From Asterionella formosa (Eukaryota): 42,750 nucleotides of DNA. Shown piece after piece: positions 22,359-35,033 of the stretch. Position numbers and translations under genes: made by a program. Location of the stretch: positions 1-42,750 of the forward strand of contig NKIB01014529.1 in the NCBI GenBank assembly GCA_002256025.1, written 5' to 3'. The first letter of the stretch is position 1. The number at the start of each line of letters is the position of its first letter. A model generated the notes under the pieces. That model was not told where the DNA came from, made no database searches, and saw nothing but the letters and a program-made list of their open reading frames with translations.

Positions 22359-24149
22359 CGTTGACGTGAATTCGTCCTTGGAAATTGTGAACGAATTTAT
22401 ATGTGGAAATTTTGTGTGATAAAATGTGTGTGAAAATGGGACTTTTTGGGAAACCACGCGCGTGTTGAAAGTAATCTGAGAGGATCCAACGCGCAAGCTA
22501 ATCTACACCAGCGTGTAGGAAATTCTGTTTTTGGAAGCGATTCAGGAGACGAGGAAAACGGTTCAGAACGAGTGACACCAGGAACATTTTGACCATTGTC
22601 CGGATCGACTGTACCTGTGTTCGTTTCCCCTTTGACTCGTGGAACTGAGGGGTATTTTGTGACCTGAGGGAGAAGGTACATAACTGCTAGACTAGACTTT
22701 ATATAGAGTCATGTGTGTGTGTGTGTGGTTTTCAAATCCTGTTCCTTTTCTTGATGCATTGTTGGCGTAATAGCAGTCAACCACAACCAAGCAAGAAAAA
22801 AAGAGAATTGATTCAGCAAATGCGATAGGGTTGGACTGTTAGTACTGGCTCCGGGTTCGCTTACTACGTGGGTTTCTGATGTCAGACATATTAGACGAGA
22901 ACGAACCATTGTTCCAAGCTTGTATCGTCACTCAGCACTCAAAATACATGTAACCCTTTTATTGAGATAGGGTTAAGAAATCTCAAACAAGTTGCAATTC
23001 TATATTCTGCATGGACATCGTTAGACTATATAGATATATATATATATATATAAACACATGTCCGTGTAGTTTCTATTTCATCAGAAGGACCATTCCAAAA
23101 TGTTTTCCATGCTCCATGCGTCACTCCAAGATGACAAGTAACACATAAGTAAAAATGAATTTTTCTAGAAGTTGTTAAAATAGAATCATGAAAAACATTG
23201 ATATTGTGAGCTAAAAACAATTAGGCACCCATATCAAAAACCCAAAAAGGGTGCCAACAAGATCCATGTAGATGATTGGTATTGTGAATGACTCCATCTG
23301 CCTGTAGGGCTGCAGCTTCAAGATGAAATGAAATTAGTGACCATAACAAATGTCAAATATTGGGTAAGATGTTTTCCTTACCAGTTCAAAACAGCGGCAT
23401 GCAGAATATTGATATTGTCGCCAGCTCCAGCTCAAGCTCCAGTTCCAACTCCAACTCCAGCCAACCAACTCTAATTCTGGATCAGATAATATTCAAAATA
23501 ATTCACTACATTTGAAAGTTGATATTTGATTATATTGACTCGAAAATAATCACACATGGATATGGAAAATCTAGATACCTACAGCAAGGGTTCCCAAGTG
23601 ACACTCAGAGCATATGTCTTCACCTTTCCAAGATTATCCTCAAAACAGTCAGCAAACTTACCTCAGCTCATTTCTTCAATGTATGATGACCTTGTCTAGG
23701 TTTGATAACCCAGATATCATAGAATGGCTTAGTACTATACACTACACTGATAGCTATGACTGTAAATGATCAGCTATTTGGAACAAGGTAGGCCTGGTCT
23801 AGTTATGTTAGAGAAGGCGTATAATGATTCCTGAATGTGAGACAGACATGGGTCTATCTATGAATTCGAATTAGACCAATTCACATGATATTTATAAATA
23901 AGTCCATTTTGTTTCTGACCAGCCTCCCAAAATGAATAAATGTAAGATAAGGATGATATTTAACCCTAATTCACAAGCATAAGAATACACCAATGAATGT
24001 GATGCTACATGTAATAAAAGGTAACACTTAAAGAACCCCAATACACATGTTTAAATACAATATAATAATAAACATGCCTTCTGCACAATATTACTGTGGC
24101 TTCCCATTGTTATTCCATTTTCAAATTCTAATCCATATTTGAAACAACA

Positions 24150-25493
24150 TTACTTATGCCGTTGTGGCAATGTCGGTGTTGTTGGAATCGAAATGCCCTT
24201 GGCCTGCAATTGCTTAATTTCTCCCATCAATACTTCCATGATGCTTATTGGCCCAAAGCACATCTGCCGATTGGTTGATTCTTGAAGTGTCTCCATGACA
24301 GAGTATTCCCATCCTCCAATCCCAACCAGCTGATCCACTGTCACACTTCCTAGCACCAATGGACAATCTGGTGACAGCCTCAATACCACCGTAATCCCTT
24401 CTTGAAGAGAGCATACGATTTCTTGATCTTGACCTCCATCAGGCAATTTTCCAATTTTGGTCAAGTATAATTTGCGAAGGGTAGTGAATTCCTGTACACG
24501 GGCTTGATGAATTCTAATTCGTGCCATGGTCTCCCGTAGGACAAAGCGCAAATCTTCGACTGGACCAAGCGAGGAAGATACTTGCACCAAATCTTCGAGA
24601 GAAGGGATGTTCCATTCCAGTGTGTCATCTACGGAAACCTTGGTTGATGTGATGAAGCGTGCGCTTACCACCAACAGGGCATCTCGGCCATCCGATTGAA
24701 GTGTTATCATAACTTGATGCGAGTCCAATAAGAGTACCTTCATGGTGACCAAGTTCTGTTCCCCAGCCGTGTCTACCGCCAATATTTTCATTCCACTTAG
24801 CTCTTCCAAGACACCTCGCATTGTATCATACCATTCCTGCATTTCTTGCAACTCGGTTATCTTTGCCTTGTTCTGTTGAATGGCAATGACAGTCGTTGGA
24901 GAAAGAACACGGACTGGTTGCTTGCTCAAAAGCTGTTGTTTCTGCTCTGTTTCTGTTCTTATTTGATCCAGTTCTGCTTGCAATTCCGCTCGACGTAAGC
25001 GCAAGTTTGCAAGGCGTTGTTCTTGTGCCAGCAACTCCTCCTCCTCCAATGGCTCGTCCTCCCCGTCCTCCTCATCCTCGACAGTGGCTTCTTGAGTCAT
25101 GTCTTGCACTTGCTGAATCAAGTCTTGACGTTTGTCCACGAGTGATTCGTATGACTGAATCATTGCCACGAACTTTTTGTTGACTGCAACAGCCGTCTCT
25201 TTCAGGCTTTGTTGCGTCATCAATCGGCGGTCTTTCAGTTGTTGCTTCGCCTCCTCCGTCGGTAAGTCCGGAAACTCCACCCCGTCCCCGGAAAAGGTGG
25301 CCAAATGCTCATAAAAGACTTGCTGTGTCCTCTTTTGTAGGTAGGTATTCCGAGCACGCTGATATCGCTCTAGAATGTCGTCAGAAACAGAAGCAGCACC
25401 TTCGCCGCAGGCAGATTGTGTAAATTTGTCAGGCAGTTGATACGCTTGGAGCTGTTCCAACCGTTCGTGCAGTTGCTGCTTCAGTGTGGACAT
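24150..25493 (-). CDS. Coiled-coil protein with a C-terminal alpha/beta (RWD-like) region; possible Zwint/Sos7/Kre28-type kinetochore subunit
   Basis: Intronless 447-aa ORF with a long heptad region. 'YQRARNTYLQKRTQQVFYEHL' and 'ELQEMQEWYDTMRGVLEELSG' resemble remembered Sos7-family motifs; two repeats of a beta-rich/helix unit follow. The CDS is solid; the family call is tentative. Confidence 0.7.
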   Translation of the reverse strand: MSTLKQQLHERLEQLQAYQLPDKFTQSACGEGAASVSDDILERYQRARNTYLQKRTQQVFYEHLATFSGDGVEFPDLPTEEAKQQLKDRRLMTQQSLKETAVAVNKKFVAMIQSYESLVDKRQDLIQQVQDMTQEATVEDEEDGEDEPLEEEELLAQEQRLANLRLRRAELQAELDQIRTETEQKQQLLSKQPVRVLSPTTVIAIQQNKAKITELQEMQEWYDTMRGVLEELSGMKILAVDTAGEQNLVTMKVLLLDSHQVMITLQSDGRDALLVVSARFITSTKVSVDDTLEWNIPSLEDLVQVSSSLGPVEDLRFVLRETMARIRIHQARVQEFTTLRKLYLTKIGKLPDGGQDQEIVCSLQEGITVVLRLSPDCPLVLGSVTVDQLVGIGGWEYSVMETLQESTNRQMCFGPISIMEVLMGEIKQLQAKGISIPTTPTLPQRHK

Positions 25494-27878
25494 GATAGTC
25501 TGGGCTATATAGTAAGCAGGCAAGCAAGGGGAGAGGAGCAGTAAGTACCGGTAGTTGATGTCGACTTTCCTTGGTGCACTGGTATCTATCAAGGTTGAAC
25601 TGATTCAAAGCAAGCCATCATCCATGCTGAACCTAAATTATACATCGTACCAGGTACCAGGTACCATTTGAAAATGATCATTGTGGTAAGTACCAGGTAT
25701 CATTATAGATACCGGTACCAGTACTACCGGTATATTTCCAGTACCTGGTACCGGGTTTACTACATACGTTAGTCAAGTGTATAGTCGTTGAAAACTGCGT
25801 GCGAACGGCGCAAAATTCAAATCTTCATTTTCATCATATATTCCGGTATGTATGACTGTATTTATCTACAGCTGTAGAACTGCTATCAAAACCTCGGGGG
25901 CCTCCTAGTGGCTGTACATACGTAATGTGCATCCATTTTTGGTCTGCTGCTTTGTTGTAACATATACAGGTATTTACAGGCACCAGGTACCAGGTACTAG
26001 TATGTTTGCAACAATCTCCTCAGTTGTAAAACTGATTGAATTTTACACATAGTACTTTTTGCTTCAAACATTTGTTGATACAGTGGCTGGGCAATTGAAA
26101 GTCATTGTAAAAAGAATCCTAATTATTCCTGTGTTACAATAACTGAATCAATATTGTTTCCTGATGCCACCAGTTGAGTGATGCAAAATGAGGGGTTGAT
26201 TGCTGTCATTTCGATTTTCGACTTTTCATCTCTGGAAGGCTGCCAAGATTTGCCAACAAATGAAGAATTCGAAAATCTCAGATTGCAGCAATTTCATAAT
26301 TTTGGAGATTCATCACTCATATATTCCTTTGTTGTAGACATTGTTCTCCCACTCATAACAACATCATGGTAAAGCTAGTACATAGCTATTATGCATAGAG
26401 AACAATACAAGTTCACCATAAATATGAGATTGGTGCACATCACCTGTATTGTTGTTGTTGCAATCATTGTCGCCATTTTTCTCTTGTTTGTTTTGATTGA
26501 TGTCACATCACACTGGTTGATTGTTGGGTCTAGGCAGTGGTTGCTTGGAGGTGAGGGAAGAATTGTACATGTAGCCCCTCATCACCATGTTGTGGCACAA
26601 ACAAACATCAACACTTCCTAACGGTAATTGACGACCAGCAGATTGGATATTGTCGAATATCTTTGTCCACCAGAATCTCATGCAGTTGTCCATTTTCATA
26701 CCTCCTCTTTCTTGCAGAAGCAGCGATAACAATGATATGAGGAATGGGTTGATTTTCAATAGAACTGGCGAGATGAAAGTCCAAGCAAGGAACATATTTC
26801 AAGGCGGACATTGGCAACTAGAAAAAGAACAAATTGGCGAAGGTTTTAAGCAACGCTATAATCAACAGATCATCAGGGGCAAACGAAGCATCAAACAGGT
26901 AGTTCTATGGACATGTGTAGTGATGATTGAGGAGCGGCGAAATACGAATTTTAGATGGATTGGCAGGCCATCAATATTTGGAATGCCATTGCATACATTA
27001 TGCCTGTTCATTAGGTCACCAACACTACCGAAAGTATGACCATTGTTGATCGTCTGATTGATTTAACATTGCTAGTGGTTTTGTCCTGCTATATTGTGCT
27101 CGAGGGGTATCTCAATAGCCGATTTTTCCGAAATAAGCAAGGAGTAACATGAAAGTGCTATCGGTTGGGCATTTGTTGACAGCTCCACTAAAACTTGGTA
27201 AAACTTGAAAAGTTTTAAGCATAGGATAAAAACGGGCTAATACAGACCAAAAAAATATAAACATTTAACTACAGTTAAGGTTGCATGTGTAAAGCAAAAA
27301 GCATGAATGCAACACTGTTGGCAATGGCAATCCAGCTACCGGTACCAGGGTCGTTTGATTTTATGGAAGCCAAACAATTTATGTCAATTTTCACCATCAC
27401 TTCACAAAAAGGCAATCCAAGAAAACATCCATGTTCCTTTATTTTGCAATAGGAAACCAGTTTGGTCAACGCAAGAGCAATGACATATATGAATATGGTT
27501 TTGCCAAATCTTGTAATAAAGCTTAATAGTTTGCCTACAAGTGGAATCAGTGACTTGTTTACTGTGATTCTGATGAATTTTCATTGGCCATGATGGATGG
27601 TACTCTTCTTATATTATATTTTTAATGTACGGATGTGGTCTCGAAACAGTGGAGTACGAAAGGTATGGTTGGTACTTCGTGCGTTGCTTCGTGAATCCCG
27701 TCGGACCCTGTCTTTCCCTACTCCAGATTGCTTTCGAAATGTTCGTCATTGGATCAATAGTTTCATTCATCCCGCATTAGGTCCATGATTTATTTCCATC
27801 CAGTTTCAAATCAAAGAGATCAATTACAAAGGCAGCACGAGGTAATACATACTATACACAAAAAAGCCATAAACTGTT

Positions 27879-28163
27879 CTATCTTCGCTTCATGGCTGGA
27901 TGAAGAAACATCCAATCTTCTCGTTGAATGACTTGTGTCAAGTCACGTAAATGACACAGAGTTTCTTGTAACAACGATGCTTGATTGGCTTCAGTACATC
28001 GCTCATGATCCGATTCTTCCAATAAGGCATCCATCCGATGGTCACGCTGATGCCGATTTGTTGCTGTGCTGTTGCTGTTGGTGGCAGTCGTGGAAGCAGA
28101 AGTTGGAGTATGATACAACGACATTCTATTCGTTGTAGTTGAAGTAGTACCTGTCGTCGTCAT
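27879..28163 (-). CDS. Small protein (~94 aa) with a Thr/Ser-rich N-terminus and a C-terminal amphipathic helix ending 'EDWMF'; APC16-like (tentative)
   Basis: ATG in ACC ATG A context; coding-like composition; helix 'LLQETLCHLRDLTQVIQREDWMF'. Confidence 0.55.
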   Translation of the reverse strand: MTTTGTTSTTTNRMSLYHTPTSASTTATNSNSTATNRHQRDHRMDALLEESDHERCTEANQASLLQETLCHLRDLTQVIQREDWMFLHPAMKRR

Positions 28164-30296
28164 GGTTGGTTCGATGAACAAAAAAATTATAAATATAAAA
28201 GTAACAGCAATCGAGAGAATTGTTGTACGTACACAACACATATACACCTCTACAAAAGCAATCGGTGCCTGATAGAAAATTCCCTATATGTAGACTACAG
28301 TACCTGGTACCAAGGTTGTTTGTTCATGCATAATGCATACACTCTACATACACCACAGTACAGATAAACACCAATGACAATCATACTACCTTGCAATCAG
28401 TTTTCACCTAATTTGAAAATCAAAATGCATTTCAGGATAGGACAAACCCAAGCAACTACTCATCATGGGTTCAGTTCTGTATTCCACAATTGTCTTAGTA
28501 GACACCGCCTCAAAGGACATCAGGTGATGTGTGCAGAATAAATCCGTGGAAATCATGATTCAATGGGACTTGATTCCTTGTTGCTTGGTTATGCATGATT
28601 CCACAGTCTTACTAATAAAGAACCAGCCTGTCGTCATTTTCATCCAGTTATTCACACTTTCAAATATTATTGTGGGCGGCCCTTGCACAGTACATCCCGA
28701 TGAAGCACACACAAGGGGCGGGAACATGGCTTCAAAACCCTGTATCTAGTGGTGAATATGCATAACTCTCATCCCAGCTGCATCCTCTGTGAATGGAAAA
28801 AGTGTTAGTAGGACTAAGACTCTTTCTGTTATCCGAGAACAAAAAATGCAGTTAAAAATTTTATGTTTCCCTTGACCATACACAAATTTATAATTGATCA
28901 CTCACATATATTTCTGATACTATCTAACACCATTTTTTCAAAAGCCAAGAACCATTAGAAACAAAATAAGCAAAGCTATTACTATCACAGCAATCATACT
29001 AGCATTGGTAAGCTACCTCTCTCACAATAGAGAATGATTTATATTTGCAGCCACATAATCATTCCTTAACTAAATACCTATGCAGTAACCATGGTGGATG
29101 ACAAACACATGAATGAGCCACAAGAAGAATTGACAAGAAAATGATTTGAACATATAAAAAATTATTACCAAATTTTCATATTTTGATTTGTTAAATGCAA
29201 TTCAATAACTATTACTCACATCTGTTTCTCTGAACCAAATAATCGACTATACATTCACCATCCTCCTCCCCCTTAATGGTTAACACTCAAAATAAACATC
29301 TGTTGAAAAAATCAGGATAAATGCATAGATGTCACTGGACACAGAGAATTAAAATTACCAAATGATTTTTTTCTACTACTAATGCATCGTCATGGTAGCG
29401 AGAACTTACATCTGGAAATGTCAAGGTTGATTGTTCCTAAAAGCAATAAAAATGGAGGGGCAAGTAGTAGTTAGTTTCAATGAATGAACATATATAACTA
29501 CACGTGGACATCAACATTTCTATTTTGACTTACCTCATCCTAGGTTTTTTTCTTGATGCTCTAGTTATCAGTAGCAAACACTGATTGTTCTGTGAAGTCA
29601 GCACTTGAAACTTAATTTACTGATCTCTTTGATAATTTGCATGGTGTATAAAACAGTGCAACAACCAAATTACTCAAATCTGTGTGCAGTGATGAGAGAT
29701 GGCGCGCTTCAATCTCGCAATCATTTCTATAAAGTATCATCATCAATTTTAATTTTTTTCCCACAACAAACGCAAGTACGAATTGCATTCTTCACATATT
29801 CAATGGAGAACTACAATGTTCATATACATTAGTAGTAGTACTTTTGGATGGATACAGCAAACATAAACCTTTATGTTTATGAAACCATTAGAATGGATCA
29901 GATTTGTCATTGCACCAATCTTGTTGGATGATGATGGAAGGAATACCAAAAATATCAAGCATCAATTAGTGCCATTGAACACTTTCATAATATATACTAT
30001 ATGGAGTAGTGCTTAAGTTGACAGCTTTGTCAGGAGAAAAACCGAAACAGGTACAAGACATTGGACCCTTGCATGACTCTTTGTACCATGAGCTCTTGTT
30101 CATTCAAGACAAAATAATATGTAAAAACACTAGGCTTGTACTAAATTCCTCATTGTTACCAGGAAGTTTTGTGTTGCTAAATTAAAAATGGTTCGTAGGT
30201 AATTTTGTGCATGCAGTTGAGTGTATGTTCTTGCTCCAGCTGACTTGTATTAGCAGTGGAGGATGATATACATAATGTTGCCATCGCTATGGGTGT

Positions 30297-30918
30297 TCAA
30301 TACTTGTCTTTTCCACCAAACCCATCATCAAAGCCACTGCTACCACTGCTGAATCCACCGCCACCACCACCGCCTCTGCTGAATCCACCGCCACCACCGC
30401 TGTTGTATCCACCGCCTCCACTGCCGCTGTTGTATCCACCACTGTTGTATCCTCCCTGTCCTCTTCCAGGTCCTCCCATATGGCCACTGTAGCCATCAAA
30501 CTGAGAACGTTCTGGAGGTCTTCCTTGAAGTTCAACTCCTCCTGGTCCAGTCACATTCTGGGCACGTTCACGGCCAGTATCATCGGCAAGAATATCAAAT
30601 TCAACAGGTTCTCCGTCCTAGAAATGTGGACACAAATATAACGTGAGAGACCAAGTTGTTCCTTCCATGAGTGCGCGCACACGAACACACACACACACAC
30701 GCACTTACCATGGCAGACTTGAATCCACTCTTGTTGAGGGCCGACCAATGCACAAAGACATCACTCTTGCTCTCGTCGTCGGGTGTTAAGAAACCAAATC
30801 CTTTCTTGGAATCGAACCATTTCACAGTTCCTGTCATCTTGGCACCTTCTGATGCGAAGAAGCGAAAGTTCATCAGCATTACTCGAGGACGAGTCAAAGC
30901 AGCAATACGAGACAACAT
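30297..30918 (-). CDS. Cold-shock domain, glycine-rich RNA-binding protein with a probable mitochondrial presequence (exons 30918-30709, 30617-30297)
   Basis: CSD '[56 protein letters not shown]'; phase-0 intron 30708-30618 (GTAAGT...TCTAG); GGY/GGF tail; Arg-rich acid-free N-terminus ending 'RFFAS'. Confidence 0.93.
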
Positions 30919-31700
30919 GATGGACGGTACGGGTAGTCTAGTTGATGAGAAAATGTATAGTGTCGTAAGGAACAACAATGAGGGGTGTTAGGATTGTAAT
31001 CGGCCTAGGTTTATATGCACGTAGTAGTCAGAAGGGGCGCAGCGCCGCGTATAATATTGTGCGGTGCTGATGCGGTATTCCGCACTTTTTGTAGAAATGT
31101 ACTCCGTACCACAATGCATGTACCATATGGCCAGTGCAACAAAATGATGGACACACTCAAAATCATAAGTAGCAAAAATAACAATTACCAAAAAAAATAA
31201 GTGTAAAGAAGGACATGGATGCTAAACGAAGGGTTGGCTGGTGCGAGGCTGAGCGTCTGTCCTACTACGGATGGGATATGCGCTGGGAGAGGCGGAGGCT
31301 TTCGTTTACGGGTTCGGAAGGTACCTGGTACCTGCACCAGTTATAAATGGCTTTGAGCCACGGACATAATTATATCGTTTTCCGACTACCGGTAATTCAA
31401 CAGGTGGATGATGTTTTGCCATCAACATAAAATTGATGGACAAGCATCTTTCACTGATCTATTGGCTTCACAGTGTATCCCAGTTATTGTGATAATTTAT
31501 TTCATTGATCATTCTGAAATTTGGGCTAGCAACACTTTTCTTTGGTCTGTCCCTTGATGCCATGTAATAATAGGCATAGTTCTTCCTATAAATCGATGTG
31601 AACCAGTTATCAAACTGCCCTATTTTAAAATTCACGTTAACGCTGTTACCATCACAATACAATTATTTCTAAATACCTCACAGGAAAACTCCAGCGTTTG

Positions 31701-33812
31701 TTAATATACCTCCACGTGCCACTGCTTCTTAGCCTTTAGGCCCTTCAACCAGTCATCATAGACTAATCCTTTCGATTTAGCAACAGTCTCCAACATATCT
31801 TGAATTCCGGGCATCATACCTTTTAATCCACAAAAGTAGATGTGAGCACCACTATCCAACTTTTGGAAAATTTCATCAGCGTACTCTTCTACCTTATCTT
31901 GAATGTACATCTTTCCTCCCTTTTTGTTTTCCTGCTCCCTGGAAAGAGCATAATCTAGACGAAAGTTATTGGGATATTTCGTCAAAACATCTTGCCATTC
32001 ATCATCATACAATAATGCATCACTGTTGGCCACGCCAAGAAAGAGCCAGGCTTGGCCCTTGTAGACTGCCGCTGCAGGCGTATCTTCCACAAACAACCGG
32101 CGGATAAACCCTCGGTACGGGGCAATGCCGGTACCCGTTGCTACCATAATGTAATCTGTGGCTGGATCTTCTTCGGGAAGGAGCATGACCTTTCCGGCCG
32201 GTCCAGTCATGTCAACTTGATCACCTGGTTGAGTGTCACACAAAAAGTTGGAGCAAACACCCTTTTTGGCAGGATCGTCCGCCTTCAAGTCTGGATCCCA
32301 ATAAGTAGCACGCCTGACACAGAGTGATCCTGTTTTACCAGTCATGTCATCCCCATACCGTGTGGACGCAATGGAATACAGACGTACCGAATGAGGCTTG
32401 CCATCCTTTTCACGAACTCCTGGTGGAATGACACCCCACGATTGTCCTTCCCAGTAAGGAAATTCTCCTTTGTGATCAATGACAATATGACAAGTTTCTC
32501 CTGTTGCCTTGGGGCCCACAATTTTCTTGGTACTAACCACCTTTCCAACAAAGGGCGCTTTGTTTTTATAGACATTCACCGGAACTTCTGACTGATCCCA
32601 ATAGGGGTCAGCTTCTAAGAAATCTTGTTTCTTCGATTTGGATGATCCCATCCATTCCTTGGCAGTAAACAATGCCAATGTTCCCAACGCCAAAACCCCT
32701 CCTGTACGTCCTGCTAATACAATGGCAGTCATGATAATTCCAGCACTGACAACGCCAGTAAAGATGGATGACAGAGCTGTCAGAGTGGGCATTCCTAACA
32801 AGACAGCTCCCATAGCCCCGGTCCATGCTCCAGTTCCTGGAAGTGGTACTCCCACGAAGGCTGCCAAGGACGCCCATTGTTTTTCAGGAGATGCCAAGCC
32901 AATAGATGATGATTTTTTGGCAGCACGGTCCAGTAGTGGTTTGAGGAGTGCTCTTGAATATGTAAAAACCAAATGAGTGATGAGGAATCAGAATGAGTCA
33001 GTGTCGAATCAATTGTAGCAGACAAACACACGCGAAGAATAGAACGTACTGAATTCTTGAATTCTTCAACAAGAGTAAAATGGGTATAATTGGCACCATA
33101 TTTCCAAAGATACTGGCTGCCAGTACAGTAGGGATAGGCAGTCCCATCCAAATCCCAACTGGAATGGCTCCACGTAATTCTACTACTGGCATGGCTGATA
33201 TGATTGCCAGAATAGCAATATCAGGAATACCAAAGGTACGAAAGAAATTGGCAATTTTTTGGCCTGTATGCAAAGTGACGGCTGCAACAGGTGCTTCTTG
33301 AATGACCTTTTTTTTGAACCAAGCTGCAGCCGTGGCAGTAGGTGTGTGACAAATGGCAAGAGCACAAAAGAGCATGGCGGCTGTGGAAAGAATCTATGAA
33401 AATGTTGATGCATTGGTAAAAGTTTTTGTAAGAAAAGGTAAGGTGTGAATGATTACATTTTGGGCGAGAAACATTGAGAGTGAGAATGAACTCCAATTCA
33501 TATTTATGTGTTTACCTTGATTGACTTGTTGGTAGTGGTTGTTTCCTTCCTTGATTCAATCATGTTGTTGCTGTTGTTGTTGTTGTCGTCAAGATTCATG
33601 TATGAGTGTAGTGTCATTGCACTGTTTGCATTCCTACTGTTGATACTTGTATTGACAATGGTACGACGGTAATGTTGATGTTGCGTAGGCGCCATCATGG
33701 AATGATGACTATACAGTCCACCATAGCTAAAGGCTTTCACTCCTGCTGTCAAGAGTGTGATAGCAACAATAGCAACACAAGCAATCGTTGGAGACTTGCG
33801 AAACACTATCAT
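31701..33812 (-). CDS. petH: Plastid-targeted fusion protein: small-multidrug-export-like (Sm_multidrug_ex) membrane domain + ferredoxin-NADP+ reductase, 630 aa (exons 33812-33516, 33393-33050, 32952-31701)
   Basis: Signal peptide ending 'GVKA|FSY'; membrane domain '[35 protein letters not shown]'; FNR '[66 protein letters not shown]'. GT-AG introns 33515-33394 (phase 0) and 33049-32953 (phase 2) preserve the frame. Confidence 0.9.
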
Positions 33813-34183
33813 GTTGTTGGTAAAAGTGATGAACAGTTTTTCTCGATGGTGATTTGAAAAAGCAAATAAAAGTGCCAATCATAGCAAAGCAAAAATGACA
33901 CTGGTATCTGTCATGATGCGGCTCATCAACGACAATCATAGTACGTACTCCGGAGTGTCGGTACTCCTATGTACATGCTCTACTGCTACAGTACTGTACC
34001 GTACGTGTTGTTACTGTTTCTCAAAGATTTGCTTTGGTTGATGTGCGTCTGCAATTATACCAGGTACAAAGCTACATACATAGGAGATAGGAGCTCATTA
34101 TATCCTATAGTACTGAAACGTCGTGTCATACTAACTCTGTAAATGCAAATGTAGTACTGGTATGTCGACGGTCGAGATCAGAC

Positions 34184-34376
34184 GTATGATGATGATGATG
34201 ATCATGGGTGTGATGGCCGCATGTCATATCATGACCTCCAAGAACCAGCTCATCCGCCTTAAGGGATACTGCAAAAATGCAATGCAATGCATTTGCTATT
34301 TTATCATTCTTCCTCCTCCTCCACCTCCTCCTCCTCCTCCTCCTCCACCACAACAACACAACAACATCATCATCAT
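34184..34376. repeat. Trinucleotide microsatellite cluster (GAT)n, (CCT)n, (CAA)n, (CAT)n between divergent genes
   Basis: ATGATGATGATGATG at ~34187, a CCT run at ~34311-34348, then CAA and CAT runs. Confidence 0.8.
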
Positions 34377-34509
34377 AGCTGACTACGACGTATCAGTATA
34401 TCTTTCAAGCAACCTGATAATAAGCAATTGTTGCAAAATCCTTCGATCTATCTTTCCATTGATCGATCCATAATCTAGAGAGGAACGCCAAACGAAATCC
34501 ATCCACGAA

Positions 34510-34971
34510 ATGAATCGACTTTCGGTAACGACAAGCAAAATGACACTGCACTTCTCCCAACAACAAAGACAACCTCTCGTTGTTTGTCGACAACAGCATC
34601 GGACAACAACAACAACAACCAAACAAACACCATTCAATGGTAAATCACTTCCCTCGACTTCACCACTTGATGCATTGCGTCCCATTGTTCGTCGGAAAGC
34701 ACCCGCATCGTCCTCACGCCATTCACCACAAAAAGCATTTGGCATGACCAAGGTGGATTACTCCATACCACCGCCATTGTATCGATCTCCACCACCACCA
34801 CCTATTAAAACACCGTACTTGGCCATTGGGACGGCGGTGGCTTGCTGTATGGGTGTCGCATGGTTTTCTATATATGGAAAGAATGATGCTTTGGAAATGT
34901 GGGAAGCCATGGAATCCGGAGAGTTGTTTATTGAAGCAGACGATGATGACGACGATGATGATGACGAGTAG
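34510..34971 (+). CDS. Hypothetical single-pass membrane protein with a basic Ser/Thr-rich N-terminus and an acidic tail
   Basis: 153-aa ORF; TM 'YLAIGTAVACCMGVAWFSIY'; poly-Asp C-terminus; convergent with the thioesterase gene. Confidence 0.6.
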   Translation: MNRLSVTTSKMTLHFSQQQRQPLVVCRQQHRTTTTTTKQTPFNGKSLPSTSPLDALRPIVRRKAPASSSRHSPQKAFGMTKVDYSIPPPLYRSPPPPPIKTPYLAIGTAVACCMGVAWFSIYGKNDALEMWEAMESGELFIEADDDDDDDDDE

Positions 34972-35033
34972 TAGTAAATACATACAAATGTATATAGTGA
35001 AGCAACCAATAATCTCATTCTTACATTGAGCCT

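Noticed and set aside
25900..27300. Possible decayed gene or transposon with short ORFs on both strands
   Set aside because: Stops occur in the frames I translated, with no recognisable motif and no convincing TIR pair.
28400..30200. AT-rich stretch as a transposon remnant
   Set aside because: No terminal repeats or protein motifs could be identified by eye.
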